From Diadema antillarum (lineage: Eukaryota): 64,000 nucleotides of DNA. Positions 12,365 through 27,426 of this stretch are shown piece by piece. Below the pieces are notes generated by a model. That model was not told where the DNA came from, ran no database searches, and saw only the letters and a list, made by a program, of their open reading frames with translations. The stretch is taken from positions 372,001 to 436,000 of the forward strand of contig NW_027271100.1 in NCBI RefSeq assembly GCF_040938485.1, read 5' to 3'. The position numbers and the translations under genes were made by a program. Within the stretch, counting starts at the first letter, position 1. Every line of letters begins with the position of its first letter.

Positions 12365-14869
12365 AAAGAGAGAGAGATGAAGTGAATCCATACCCATGTT
12401 GTTCCTGTATTTTGAGCGAGAATGGTTTTAAAATGCATTTTAGCAAGTTGTTATCACGGCCTTATGAACAACCTTATCCACCACAACGGGACCCCTTTAC
12501 TCGTGTTCTTTCATATCTTCTGCATTTTTTTTTTTTCAAAATGGGAACATTCTGTACTTCTAAGTGTCTCCTCGCTTTGCTGGTTTTACTCCAAACAGCC
12601 TAGAAATTTGGAAATTCTGATTCTGAATACCAAGACCAACTGCAGACTTAAAGGGGATTTCCAAACGATTTTCATAATTTTACGTCATTTAGTACATAAA
12701 TTGGCAGCTCCATGCATAGAATTGTGGAATGTATTGTGGTCCTGATCGGAGAAACCAATACTCTGAAAAAAACAAAACAAAACAAATCAAATTGAACAAG
12801 GATGATGACATATAGAATGCTAGCATACATTTCAGAAATTTAAAAGAATGTAATTCCATACAATGCATGTGCTTTAAAGTTCTTCTGTGTAGAATTTATG
12901 TATGCTTTCTTCCTTTGTTCTGCCTTTATACACTCATGCATGCCTATGATGACGCTACCATGTTATTATCCTTGTTCATTGTTATTTGGTATACATTTTG
13001 GAGACATTCTTATTCCTCATCCAAATCACTATAAATTCTGAAACTCTGTACCCAGCATAACCATTGTGTAGTTGTTATTCAAATGTAAAAATCTGAAAAT
13101 CATCCAGAGGCCTGGATCCTTTAAAATCATCGCCACGGACACAAGAGCTCGTGTGGAAGTCAAGGTGTTCTAGTAATTGAAAGGCATCCTTGTGATGCGT
13201 CAGTAATATTGATAATGGCCATTTCAACGGTCAAGGATTTTATTTGTGTTTGAGCTGGCTATTAGAAATTGCAAGCATGAAAAGACTGGACAACCATTGC
13301 TGGAGTGAGATTATGAACGAATGGGTACCTTTGACTGTTTGCCAAAAGGTATAGTCAGTCGTTTTACCCTCCTTCAATGTGCGAGAAAGATTCTCTTTAT
13401 AGCACGACTGAGATTAGTAACGAGATTGTGCGCTTGCAGATGGCAAACCTCGATCGTTTTCGAATCATCGATTCGACTTGATTAGAAAAGGGATAGTGGC
13501 TTGATAAGTTATCTTATCTGATCAATATATCCCAATATCCACGGCATTTTTTCTAGACAGTGGTATTTCATTAGAATCATTACCCAACTCTCTCTCTCTC
13601 TCTCTCTGTGCATGCGTGTGTACTGGAAAAACTGAAAGCCGCTTAGAAAGATACTACTACTTAATTGAATTTTGATGAGTTGTTTTTGGTTTAAGATTTG
13701 AATTTTTGTGCATATATAATCAAAGAAAAATTAAGTAGATGATTATGGAGTGTATTATGTACTCTAGTATATATTGCGTTACAGACGATGTTAAGTATGA
13801 AACAACCAAATAAAGAGCTATACAAAGATTATTATTGCATTGTATTGTAACGGTCACAGACATACGTAGAGGTAGTGTGATCAATGTCTTGACATGTCAT
13901 GACACACTTATGCTTTGAAGTGTTGTTGAGTTCTGCTTTTCAAACACTACTAGCAGATGATGTGTGACAGATCTTGGACAAACTTTCAATCCTTTCAATG
14001 ATTTTACGCCGGCTGAATAATTCTCAATATATTTTCATGCTACCAAATCAGACATGAACGAGAAAAGAAGAGAAAAAATATTTCGCGTTATCTATTTTCA
14101 TGATTTTATTTATCAAGTGCTGTTGTGTTTGGACGATTACAGAACCACACCAATGTTATACTTACTTTCTTTTTCACATGAAAACTGTCCTAAAAATATC
14201 CAACGTTTGGATGTGGATTTTCCTAAAACTTACAATGCAACTTCCTAATACTATTTGTATGTGAAATTATATACGTATCCATCTGATGAAACATGAGATT
14301 AAATCAGTTAGTCATTCGTGTCTCATTTCACTTGAAGGAAGTGCCATACACATTCATGGATCACTTAGATCTGCATTCGTACAAAGATGTAAATCTTTGC
14401 TGATCATGCTGACGTTACCATGGTTATGACGTTAAAAGTGATCAATGATCAAGCAAGCGATGGTGATGGGCTACTACATGTGAGTATATTCTCTCTCATT
14501 AACTGAAAAAAAACCCAACAACAACAGCACAAACATTTCCTCCAAGAACCAGTGATATTACGAATTATGACATAGACGCGTACAGATTCTTTTCCCATTT
14601 CTTATCATAATGATTGTTTTTTTTCTTTCTCGTTGACCATTTTGCCGTCATTTTTTTTAATACCGTTATCATCTTCCCAATCAAGGGGATTTCTTTGCGT
14701 ATTAATGCTCGGCGAATCGACTTAATATTACTCCACTATTTCAGAATCTATGACTTTACAGATGGACATTTATGAAAAACTATACTACAACACGAATTAA
14801 CGTCCTCCCCCGATCACCTCGTTGCTTTGTGATAATGATGGATCGTCAATGGCGAACAGTGACGGACTA

Positions 14870-17800
14870 TCAATCGCAGACGTCTACCCGAAAGAAAACG
14901 CGGGGAGTGTCGGGCTCGATAGCTTCGTAGGATCCACACATCAGGTAGCTATGGTTGCAGGAAAGATTAACAAAAAAGAAGGGAATCATATAATAAAATA
15001 CGGTGAGTAGATACCAACTTCAATGTCAGCTAGTAGTAGAGTCGTGGTATTTTCAAGTGTGGCTGATGCAGTTAAAAACAAGGCGACATGTCGAAAAAAA
15101 AGCCTGTTTCAACAGTAAACGTATTAGTTGCCATTGAATACTGTCAAGTAACAATATTTAGTCTAAAACAGGCAAGTTTACTTCATGTATTCAACTGTGG
15201 TTTCCGTCCCCATCAGGTAGTGAGGAGAAACTCATTTCTTCTGTTCCTTTAATTCGATACTTGTTGAAGGCTTCCTTGGTGGTATAACGGTGGGTGGGAG
15301 AAGGTTTAACGGTGCACCATGTATTCTCTCTTGGGTTTCTACAAGCATGTTCTTGCAGTTTTCAAGAGAATGAAAACGGTATTACGGTATTATGATATCG
15401 CCAGTTAACAAAAACAAAGTAAAACAAAGCGATCATAATAACAGGTAGGTCCCCCACTTTAATAGAATCGCTCTGTTTTGGATATTTCAGCCATTTTAAA
15501 ACCAATTTTCATCAAATAAACGTTGAATTCCTCATGAAATTACATGCTCTTTCATATTTCATAAGAGGTTTCTCATTATCTCACCAAAAATGTTGGAAAA
15601 CTGAAATTAGGTCTCAACCATCCAAAACTATACGATCCCTTTAAAGTATCACAATGGTCATGATACAATTAGGGACTACACCAGCAATGGGCATGATGGG
15701 TTTGATGTATGATATCCATCAATCATATTTCACCAGACTCCAGCGAGCCTGTAAGCTTGATAGGAGCCTATACCGCTAATTGAATGATCACACTTTTGTG
15801 CACATAATGTAGATGTGGCGTAGCAGGAAATACGTCATAGGATTGCTTGTGCAGGTGATCATAAGGTATAAAAGGGAGAGGGAGAGACTGATGAGAGGCG
15901 ATGGGGATGTGGCGAAAGAAACTGTGCATGCCTATTATATATAGAGGTGGTTAATCATCATTTCTGGACTCTGTATCAATAGCACTGGAAAGTTAGGTAT
16001 ATGGTTTACATCGAGTCTTAAGAAATTCAAATACACTTTTTTTTTCTATAGGAGAACTTCAAGTAGTTTCCCCTTCTCGTTCATTCCTTTGATTATACAT
16101 CATCTCTATGGGCAGCGGGTCCCAAGCACATTATATAATAATAACCTAAGATTACAATAATCCGACGTCGATGAAAAAAAAAATTACCTTTCCCCGTTCT
16201 CAGCCGAATCGATGATGATCTGGTGGATGTAGAGCTTTGGATTCTCGAAAAACTCCCACTCCCAGGGCTTGTAGAACTCGGCATCATAGTCCCACTCGAA
16301 GTACAGGCGAGTGATGAACCCGACGTTGACAGAGGACGCGCCGATATGCAGGTAGTTCGTCAACGGCTCGTACACACGGAAGTCCCTGTGATGATTATTT
16401 TAATGTGAGGGTAGTGGCCACAAAATACGTATTTGAATTCGACATCTGAGAGACTAAACTTGTTTGGATTTGTTTGTTCTTTCGGAAATGCAATAGCTGC
16501 AAATTTGAAACAGTTCATCAATGATATGTCAATTATCATCGATACTGAACAAATAAAATTAATGCATGATTTCGTTGGAGGTATATAATACGCGCATGAT
16601 GAGGATTACAATTTGAATGAATATACACCCTTCTTTCCATATTTTACCTTGTGCAGCGCACTTTTTCATCGTCGGCATAATTACCTGTAAGTGTGCGTCT
16701 ATCTTCAAGCATGAGAAATCCTGCAGGGTCCTATTTGTACATGGAGCAATATATTTGACAAGGCTCATTTTCCAGCTTCCAGAAAACGGCCCATTGCTGC
16801 TTGTTTTGTCAAACACACATATCGGCCGGTATACTAGTGTATATTGTATTTTACTTTTTCCCCTCTAAGGACCTTATACCTAATCCATTCCATCCTTCCG
16901 TAACATACTCGATTCATTTCCATTTTGCATTCGTTAGATGTTACTATGTAATGTCGGGAGAGCATCAGGCAAGTTTTCTTGGCGTTTTGTCTTTGTTAGA
17001 AAGTATGCACAGAATTTGAATAATCATGACAGGAACTGGTCTATAATAGATAAGCTGCAGACCTCAATCCCAATGTTTTGAATTATTTAATTTCACAGTG
17101 TTGTTGCTGCCGAAAGCTCGACCTTTACTGCAATGTATTATGCTATCCCGATATAACGACCCCCAAACGACAAGATATCCAAATCTGAGAAATAGGGATA
17201 AAACACACAACTTACGGCGAAAGAGAGAATGTCTCTGATTCACCGTCATCACCCACGAGCGAGATGAAAATCTGCCCCTTGTTGGTGTCCTCTGCCTTCT
17301 TTCCGTCATCGATTTGGACGTTGAAGCGGTACTGGAAGGCTGATGATAAATGGGACGATTGCCATCAAATAAAGTGAGATCATCATTCATAAGCTGACAT
17401 TGCTGGTGTAGTTATTTTCACCCACTAATTGATACATTTTCGAAAACTCCGCAGGCCTACCAATTGCTATACAAGGGAGCTTACATATTGCACCACTCTT
17501 CCTTTCTATTCTTTTTCTCCTCCCCCCCCCCCCATGCTTTTATCTCTTCTTTTTGATATTTTTTTTTCTAAAATCCTTTTCCTACTCTCCTCTGTAATCC
17601 TTCCCTTTCTTTTCCTGATTGAGATAGAGAATCTATACTGTCAGTAGTGGTGGTGTTAGAAAATGGTGCATAGATGAAGAAATAAATGAATGCGTGGCTG
17701 GAAGGCCTTAGTGACCGTCGTTTGCAAGGTTACTTTTGCCCTCGGTGACTGTCGATGGTGGTGATGTTGAACAGGAGATGGCAGACACGGTGGCTGTGAC

Positions 17801-20800
17801 AAGATGAGCTCGAAAGAATACAAATACTAATAACGGAAATTGTGATGATTGTAACGGATGTGGTACTGTACTAATCATGTTGATGTCATTTTTTTTTTCT
17901 TAATCAAGGGTGAGCTTATTGATAATGTTCGATAGTGTCTTTACCAAGAAGACAAAGCTTTTGTTGTGTGTGTTATTCGCCGTTACTATCGGCAACTTTT
18001 AAAAACGCTCAATGCCCTCAATGTCAATGTCATTCTGACGTGGCAGCTCTGAGAAGGTTAATTGAGGGAATACGAGCAAATCCACATGTAGGTGAATTAA
18101 TAAGGAAAGTTGTTTCGCACAGTGTACATTGTATAGTGATTTACAGTGGTTACAGGAGTCGTCTGCATACCGCAATAAGGCGAGGTTTCCACTGTATTCA
18201 GTTGGTAGACCACCTCGGTGGCGCCATCTTGCGGTTGGTAGAGGTTTGCATACCAGCCCATCTTCACTTCCCCATCGCCGTAGCACAGCCCCTCGTTGTA
18301 GTCGTCCCACTCGCGGGTGCAGTTGAAAGCCATGTTCGGGCACGGCCCAGCCTGGTTGATAGACGCCGTGAATAGCTCCACGGCCCGGATGTGATTGCAC
18401 GCCACGTAGTCCACCAAACCTGACGTTAAAGAGGGAACGCTTTGTCAAGATTCTTGGTTTTTTTTCAAGGATTTTCGTCCACACTCCATTATTTCCTTGG
18501 AAACGAGTTTGTCGTAATACATTTAACTTAAGCCCGCCTGCTCTCTCACCGCATTATTCAGAAGAAAAGTAGGGGAAAATCTTTTTTTTTTTGATGACCA
18601 GAAACAACTTTCAGTTCGCAAAAAGATTATAAGAATCCAATATTAGAAACTGGCATAAATCAGTGTAAATATTACTCTAGTAAGTGCCATCAGAGAAAAC
18701 GCGTTGGAATTTTTTTTTCATCGAACATACGCACACGGACATAATAATACTACACTCGTAAAACGTTACGTGAATGAGAACGAACGCGTGGATGCTGCTG
18801 TTGACATCTTGAGCACATTAATATATCAAAATGAATTGAGAAAACTGATATTGTGCAAATCTGCATTATACTGAGGAGCAACGTTTGCTTTGTTTTGTAA
18901 ATCTGTTGCTTCGTACCTCCCCATATTCCATGGGCAATGATGGAACGAATGATTCGTTGATCGCAACCCGGCTGGTCCCGGCCGCTATTCGGGAAAAAGT
19001 CGAGATGTCCCGCAGTGTTGTACATTCCCATGCCTTTTTGAGAGATGATAACCAAGATTCGTCATCCAATTGGATTTAATCAAACTGAACAACAACTATA
19101 GGAGTCATTTCCTTACACTCTACAATTGTGCTTAAAAAAAGAATCAAACAAACAACCATTGACTGTCTGATGAAACTTACACAAAACTTTAAGATATGAT
19201 TATGTAGCTTTTTATGGCTTCCTCTTAAGGACAATGCGATGGGAAAAATACATATCATTTTACGGCATGCTTGTCACACATAATATAGTGATGCAGAATG
19301 GAATGCATATCATTTTAACTGCATCGGTTGTACCCATATCAATATGAAAGACACTTTTCCCCCGTTGCATAATAGTCTTACGGAGGAGACTCGATCCGTC
19401 TGTAATGTGGTCGTTTCCTCACATACATTCAATGCTTCCCAGCGGCTACCTTGATAAGTCAAGATATACTACACTCCTTAAGCAATGTCTGGTATACTAT
19501 TATAAAGTTACGTCAATCAAGGTTGTTCATTCTACATCCATGAATTCGTAAAAGAAATTCACGCTCCCATCTACTATAGAGGAAATGGGAATTTGCATGG
19601 GCTACAGGAGTTTAATCACAAATGGCTTTGTGTTAATTCCACTGTTTTTTCCTACTTATCATTTGCTTGTAACAAATATCAGTATAGCTTTTTCTTTCAA
19701 TGGAGATAAAGGAATACCGCATCAAAATATTCATAAATGCTTTCTTTGATTGATTTTCATCACAAAGAATTAGAAATCAAGCGCCAAATCTACTGGACGT
19801 CGATGATTACCGAGTTTGAACAGAGGGTCGGTGTCGGTGTGTATAATGTCGACAAACTTGGCGTCTGTCGGGTCGATGCGAATTCTTGGATCACAGCCAT
19901 CAAAGTAGGGACCGGCAGGATCCAAACCTGAGGAAAATTAAGACTAAGGTTGAGTACCGTTTGGTTTCTTTCATCTCATTTAAAGTCTTTTTTTTTAATC
20001 ATAAGATTAGGCGAATCATTAATAAAAGAAGACATCATATTCAATGATGAAATTTGAGATACTGGAATTGACAAATGAATGATGATGGACGCCGTGGATG
20101 GAGCAGAGACAATGTTACAGCAAAAAAACAAAAACAACAAAACAAAACAAAAAAAAAACACACACAAACACAAACAAACAAACAAACAAACAAACAAAAC
20201 AGAAAAAGAATGAAAGAAAGAAAGGACCATACTTATTACCACAGAAACTATCCAATCACACGCATGAATATCGGGAGAAGATAAATAAAGTACCAAAAGA
20301 CAATACAATACAATGACGGTATCATAAAGTGGGATTCTTAAAGCGACAATGAATCTACACTTTGCAATGCATGGTAAACTCATTACTCTTCAGACTTCAC
20401 TAACATTGGAATGTTAAAAGCAGAAAACTAACAGGATCGAAAGCAATTCGACAACCCCTCATACAATGAATTGATTTGTATTTTGTTTTCAAACAACGAG
20501 CTTTGTCATTATCAAGATGTCAAAGCGAAACACGAACCAAAGCATCAGGAAGCGACCTTTGGCCATGCCGTGTTTATTTGTGTTTGCCTGTTACGTCAGT
20601 ATGGGTAGAGTGTTTGTTTTATGGGCAACATCAACGCTTTATGAAATCAAATGATTTGAGATTCTGTGTGCCTTTGAGATCGGTGATAAGCCTACGTACG
20701 TTATATGCATACTGTTTACTCGTATAGGCAGCGCATTTGGAAAGCGAAGGAGCTTAAAGATTAGGACGGGGTGATGAATGAACAAATACATTAATGAGAC

Positions 20801-22486
20801 CACAGCCATTTTTTTTAATTCATGAATCATCTGATTTCGAGAATACCCTCTATTAATGACTACTGAAACCATCTCATATTAAAGAGAAAGTATAGTTCTG
20901 GTTAAGACTTAACTTCAGGTTTCTAACATTTTTTTGTGAGATAATGAGAATCCTCTAATGAAATGTGAAAGAGCATGTACAATCGTAATTCTCAGAGGGA
21001 TTCAACATTTATTTGATGAAAATTGGTTTTGACGGCTGAAATATTCAAAACAGAGCGATCGTAATAAAAGGTGGGACCCACCTCTTATTAGGATCGCTTT
21101 GTTTTTCTTTGTTTTTGGATGTCTCAGCCATTCCAAAATTGATTTTCATCATAATAAACTTTGAATTCCTCTTAGAATGGCTTACTCTGTATAATTTAAT
21201 GAGAGTTTCTTAAACTCGCAAAAAGTTAAAGCCCAATTCTCATCTCCACCAACCACCCCTTTAAACCTGAGACATAAAACTATATTGGCAGTACAAGTTG
21301 TAAAGGGAAGGGCGAATTTAAATGCGACACATATTATTATGAGAGTCTCTCGGATCTGTTCATGTTAAGTCATGTTGCCTCCATTGAATACACACAACAT
21401 AAAACATATGCGGGCATAACGTGTGCTCGTCTTTTTCCGTAAACAAAACCGTCACTCAAAAAAAGGAGACATTAAATATGTTTCATAATTCATGTCTCAA
21501 AATGTTCACACTCGGTGGTCCTGTTGGTACTTTCATTCTCTAATATGCTCTTTCAAAAAAAAATCTATCGAAAGCCATTGTTTTGGAGGGTTACGACATA
21601 GTAGTTATTTGCTTACGAGACATTTTCCATGATTCCATGCCTTCCCAAAAACTTTCCATAAATGTGATGTAATACATTCTTCTTCTTCTTCTTCCTCTCT
21701 TTTTAGAAGACATAAATAAAGCATGTAGAAGTTATTGTAGTTTTTATTTCCGTAGAACGTGTTTGTCATTAAATTATAAAGGTGTCTGCTCTTTCTATTT
21801 CCACCTATTTCCGTCTGTTTACCAGAAGTTTGGAGCAGAAGCGGTAGTTTCATTTACGAGTCAGACAATCTTCCGTATCAAGTTTTGACGAGACTTTTAA
21901 TTTCCAAACAATTTGCCGGTTTGCCTCTCACGTGCTTACCTTAGAGTTAGGAATGGTTTTCGTTGCTGGGCTCATCACAATAAATATACTGTCAACATAT
22001 CCCGCGCTTCACAACTTTTTTTTTTAACGCAAGGCCCACTTTGGCTCCTACAAAGTTTTTTGAGGCCCAGTTTGAATGCAAATCTTTTAATTTCTTCTTC
22101 CTTTTTTTTTTTTGAAGACATCTGCGAGAGCTTCGCGACCAACTGGTTGAGAAACATTTATACAGACCATGCCAAACGATTTCTAATTGAGGCTATCCTT
22201 AAATATATGAGATATGAAGTTCAACTTTATTAAGGAGTGTATGCATATGGTCATGGTTGTCACCTGTTATCCGACCAATGTTCGGGACGATTGCACCAGC
22301 GATCCCGGCTGCGTGAGCTCCGAGACTATGACCAATGAGGTGAAAGGTCTCCGGACCAACGCCCTGGATCCCCTAGGGGTGTGGCGTCATTGCAGGGGCA
22401 AATAAAAACACTTTGATTGCGTGTACTTTCAGAGAGGTGATGCATCGATAACTGAATTGAGTAGAGGGTAATAAAAGTAGATGTAT

Positions 22487-22525
<39 letters not shown>

Positions 22526-25500
22526 GGCATAGATAAGCTTTTTGATAGTAATCCTGATAATGAAAGATATCAGAGTAAAAATGATACCCGCAGTCAATCT
22601 CTAAGACCTCAAGAATCTAGGGCCTACAAGATACCACTGACATCGGGATGAAATCGGGAGCAGTAAAATAAACACTGGCACAAGGCTTGTTGGTGGAATT
22701 CCCAAAAGTTAGCAGAGATAGTCCAAACCTTCATGTCGACCTGTATCATTCGAGCTTATTTTTTTTCTAACTTTTAAAATATTGTTGTACACTATGGGTA
22801 GAAACGCAGAGATTATAAGAATACCACGAGCATGTCAACAAGCAGTCCAATCTCAGCCCCGAGGACGCGGACGTTTCCCGTTGCTTCCTCGTAATCGTCT
22901 CGAATGACGCCTGGTCGCCAGTCCACGGTGATGATGTTGTAGTCCTTCTGGGCCAGGATCTCGGCCGACATGTCGTCCATCCAGTCGACGTCGGAACCGG
23001 CAACAAACCCGTGAATGATGACCACCGTATCCCTCCATGGTTTGAAATTCGATCTGAGTTCAAGAAATACAACCAAGACATAGTGTGAAAGGAACATTGT
23101 GGTGAGGAGAGGAGATCTTCGTGTGTGTTAATCCCTTTTGGGGTTGGATGTAACGAATTCAACTTGGCTAAGATCTAAATTTAGGAAGAAAAATGCCTAA
23201 ATACACGTCATGAATGGATGGATTGATGTACTCGATTCACTCATGGGCAAATTGACAACATGATCAATCAAACAATTAATAAACTAATCAATATTTTGAT
23301 TGCTTATTTTAAAAGATGACTAAAATGGTCTCAAACTAACCAGAAACGGCCTTCTTATTGTTCTAAGATGGAGATAGAAGACACATAACAGTAACAACGT
23401 CGTCTACTTTAGCAAAGTCTCAGATTCAATAACTGCACAAGTTACAGTGGGTTTTTTTTTTTTGTTGGGGGGGGGGGGGGTGTAATGATGTAGAAACAAA
23501 GCTGTGGTCATCATTTTTGTACAATTTTGTGAGCTAAAATACTCGAATAATGTAAAACTGACATTGCGATCGTCTGTGCATCGTATGTGCTGAGTTCTTC
23601 GTAGGTATCTCCCAGTTCACGGGCGTGGAGTTTGAAGGCTGTCCCGAGTTCGTCGCGGCTATCCGGCAGCCAGTCGACCGGGCGATCCTCTTCGTGGTAG
23701 AAGGGTTCCTCGTCGGTGGTCATACAGCCCAGGTCCACGTAGCAAACCTCTCGGCCTGAGATCCGCGGAAGTTCAACAGAGAGGACACCTCTTTGAATGC
23801 ATTACTCGAGTATGTGTGCTGAGATAATCATGTTCTACATGGGCACTTAAAAAACCAGTAAAGGTTTGTTGGTTTGCTTTGGCTGGTTTGGTTTTATATC
23901 TGCATTTTCTTTCTCCAGATACAATAACAAATGAAAATGAAAAATGATACAGAGTATGCACAAAAAAGAGGAGAGTATAATATACAAATCAATACAGGAA
24001 TAAAAGCCTTAGTGTCAATTTCATAACAACATCAATCTCTAATAACATATAAATCAAAGTAATATTATGTTCAGGCATGTGAACAAAGGAGAAATCAATA
24101 CAGGGGACCGTCATCATAAGCGGAGCTTGACGTGGCTGAGGCGCTCAAAGGCACTGGCTGGAAGCTTGAAATCACTTCCGAAGGACAAGGCAGTGAGGAT
24201 AAAACGCCTTATCTGTCCAAATACACGAACCAGGAACCTCAAGAATAAGGATCCAGAATCTTACCATGGATTTACAGCTTTATTATGGTCTGCCCTATTC
24301 AGATTTCTCAAAACCAGTGGCCTAGCAAGGCACTCCACATCGATGTTACTAGGTAATTTTATTATCCGGAATAATCCGGGAGAATTTGCATGAGAACAAA
24401 TATTCATCCATNNNNNNNNNNNNNNNNNNNNNNNNNNNNNNNNNNNNNNNNNNNNNNNNNNNNNNNNNNNNNNNNNNNNNNNNNNNNNNNNNNNNNNNNN
24501 NNNNNNNNNNNNNNNNNNNNNNNNNNNNNNNNNNNNNNNNNNNNNNNNNNNNNNNNNNNNNNNNNNNNNNNNNNNNNNNNNNNNNNNNNNTTATTCACTC
24601 CACATCGATATTCCAGGGTAACTATTTATACTATCCGGAATAATCCTGGATGATTTGCATGAGAACTAAAATTCATCCATTTATCAATTAATCTATTTAC
24701 CAATTAATCCATTCATTATCATTCATGCATTTATTCATTCGTCCTTCTATCTTATCAATTCCTTCATGCATTCATTCATGCATTCATTTGGTCGTTCGTT
24801 CATTCATCTTCACTTGATAAGACTTGCATACATAGAAATGTGGCGACAATTATGAATGAATATGACATGACAGTGCGGCAGATAAAACACAGTTATCAAG
24901 TAAAGGGGTTCTGAGAAGGAAACGTGGCATAAAACATAAATGTTGCACTTTGTAATGAATATAATCATACACGTTTGAAATGGACAAAGTACAAAAGACT
25001 GGAAAAGGAGGTGCCCTATATGGGGAATGTGTTACTTTTCTAATAGCTCGCTTTTATAGTTTGAATAGTCTCTGCAAATTTAAATACCGGTATGGTTTTT
25101 AGAAAATGGTCGACTGAATCTATTAAAGGTGCGCATCACATTTCATGCACATTTCTTTCATATTTCATGCTTACGGATGAAGTCGATTTGCCAGAGAAGA
25201 CAAAATAAATACTTGACAAGTTTAATTCTTACAAGTATACAAATTATTTTGCCACAAATGAAAATAGGACCGTGCCCGTCGCACCGACAAGAGTAACAAG
25301 AAAACATAACATGGAGTAATAGCAATGATAATAACAATCATGATATATATCATGGTCTTCTTTATTCAGGGTAGTCTCTTCGGTGTTCTACCAGAGGGCC
25401 TTGGCATTATTATCAATAAAATAGTGAGAAATGTTCTTTGTAATTTAACTTTAAGATATGAAATCAGTCATATTTACCATGAACAAGAAGCGCGTTTGCA

Positions 25501-25529
25501 AGAAACGCGAACATCAGAAGTGGCTTCAT
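14870..25529 (-). CDS. Pancreatic triacylglycerol lipase / PNLIPRP-like secreted lipase, 10 coding exons, 488 aa
   Basis: Exons 25529-25478 (signal peptide [18 protein letters not shown]), 23755-23563 ([10 protein letters not shown]), 23053-22825 (IIHGF, VDW), 22372-22264 (GHSLG nucleophile), 19927-19811 ([18 protein letters not shown]), 19033-18917 (GHLDFFPN...QPGC), 18419-18171 (ACNHIRA catalytic His), then 17339-17216, 16385-16188 and 14948-14870 (PLAT domain, stop). All junctions are GT-AG, phases join, total 1467 nt. Confidence 0.93.
15405..15640 (+). mobile_element. Partial copy of TTAA-flanked Kolobok-like MITE family A
   Basis: Highly similar to 28550-28791 (AAAACAAAGTAAAACAAAGCGAT ... 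TCATCAAATAAACGTTGAATTCC ... GATCCCT-TTAA). Confidence 0.8.
20883..21260 (-). mobile_element. Full copy of Kolobok-like MITE family A, reverse orientation, in a lipase intron
   Basis: TTAA-AGAGAAAGTATAGTT...CCAACCACCCCT-TTAA; its reverse complement matches 28396-28791. Confidence 0.8.
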
Positions 25530-25581
25530 TTTCCCGCTCTATCTCTGGGATGGTGAGTGTATGTTCTTCAAATAAATTCAA

Positions 25582-25620
25582 GCAACTGAGACCGGGGAAT
25601 GACTGGCGTTATAGTTTATA
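25582..25620 (-). promoter_or_regulatory. Core promoter of the lipase gene: TATA box plus initiator
   Basis: Minus-strand TATAAA at 25620-25615 and TCAGTT (Inr consensus TCAKTY) with its A at 25587, about 30 nt downstream and 58 nt upstream of the ATG. Confidence 0.7.
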
Positions 25621-27386
25621 GAGCTTTGCAAATTACTGATAGAAAGAGAATATTCTACCCTCGCCCAAGCCTTTCATGATATCAGCCCCACCAGATGTAT
25701 AGTTCCTTCCATGTCTTATCTATGAAGTGAATGTGAACGGAGCAGATGGTTTCTTGATAACGTCTACAAAATTAATTTGTTTGCATAATCTAATCTAATC
25801 TAATCACATTTTTTCTATTCATGGTTATTCCAGTATTTTAGTGAACATCTATGTTTTATCAAAATTCTATGGAATCATATCTCTCTACTGCTATGTGACA
25901 TCATTGTTGCAGCCGAGATTTTATCTATAATAGTTGAAACTATTCAAACTTTCACAGACGTGTGCTATTGATATCTCCACATTCAATGAAACCAAATTTA
26001 ATTGTGGGTAAGTTAACTTTTATGACAATATTGGTTAAACTCATATACCTAAAATTAGATATATTGCATATTATATAAGTGTGGGTTTTGAATTTCAATT
26101 AACATTCAGACTTTTCCGTCACTTTCTACATAGGCTAGCTTATAGCATGCATACACTCGCGTGACTCCAGTATATTAGATACAGACTGAACGCCAGCTGA
26201 CAAGGATATTCATGATTCTTAAAGGACACATCAGGACACACATTTGATAAATTTCTGAAAATAATCCTCCTGAGCTGCGTAAACCTTTTCCACAATATCA
26301 CGTTATCGAAAGATCTGCCATGTTTTTGTTGGACGTTGTTAGAGGGAGATCTAAAATAAACATTGCTTTTTTAAAACAAAAATTCTCTTTATTTTCTCCC
26401 CACTGTATTTGTTTTGTTTTGTTTTCTTTTCTTTGTTCCTGATGACCTGCTCTATGTGTGTCACTATGTGTCGGTGCATGTGTGTAATATTTCTTGATGT
26501 CTTCAACGAGGTGAATAGATTACCCGTCAACCCATTTTTCTCTTCTGGATATAAATTGGTGTCATACAAAATGATGTGTCATTTTATCTGTTGATTGTCT
26601 CTCATACACATGCCGGTTCTGATTCCCAGTGGGTCACAACCCTGTGAAGAATATTTTGCAGATATGGCTGAACGGGGAATCCCCGTTTCTTCTATTATAG
26701 GCAATGTATATGCAACTAGTGTATATCTTTATCTGAAGACGAAAATAATACAACAACACAGCAGCAACAACCAGGCATCCATTGCCGTGATATAAATTGC
26801 ATGCTTGTGTGATGTTTAAACTGACCGGACAAAATTGAACAAATATTTGAGCTGAATGCAGATGGTTCGACCTCTGTATGTTGGGCCTGATAGGATTGAA
26901 ACCTTGTGTTCTGTTATTAGTAGTATATTGTGTCTACATGACAAGACAGCAAGATCGAAATGGAAAAGGGGAGGGTTCAGGTTAGATCTGTCAAAAAAAA
27001 AACAACAACATGCAGATGATTTGATGAAACACACGTAATAAAAGAGATGCAAATAAGAGCAAGCGCTTTAACGCATCGTATCACAAACTCTTTAGATTTT
27101 GTTAAATAGCCCTTCGAAACAATCTATAAAAAAATTGAAAAAACTAACATACGGAAAGAAAGGATGGGGGTAAAGATAGGAGTCTGGATTACTCTCTTCA
27201 GTTCTTCTGTCTTGTATGACAAAGAATTGATTTTGTTCTTCAACATACAGGCCTACTTTCATTTAGGATCATCTCAACAGTGGACAAACAGAAAAAGTTA
27301 AAAAATCATTTATGTATGTACTAATAACCAGCATAATGTGTATATGTTTATGATATACCGGTATATTTATAATATACCCATCTCTT

Positions 27387-27426
<40 letters not shown>

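Noticed and set aside
12648-13124. Possible old TTAA-flanked MITE
   Set aside because: The ends match only weakly (AGG...GATTTTCA); too degenerate to call.
24386-24653. ORFs spanning N runs (also 52756-52993)
   Set aside because: Artefacts of assembly gaps.
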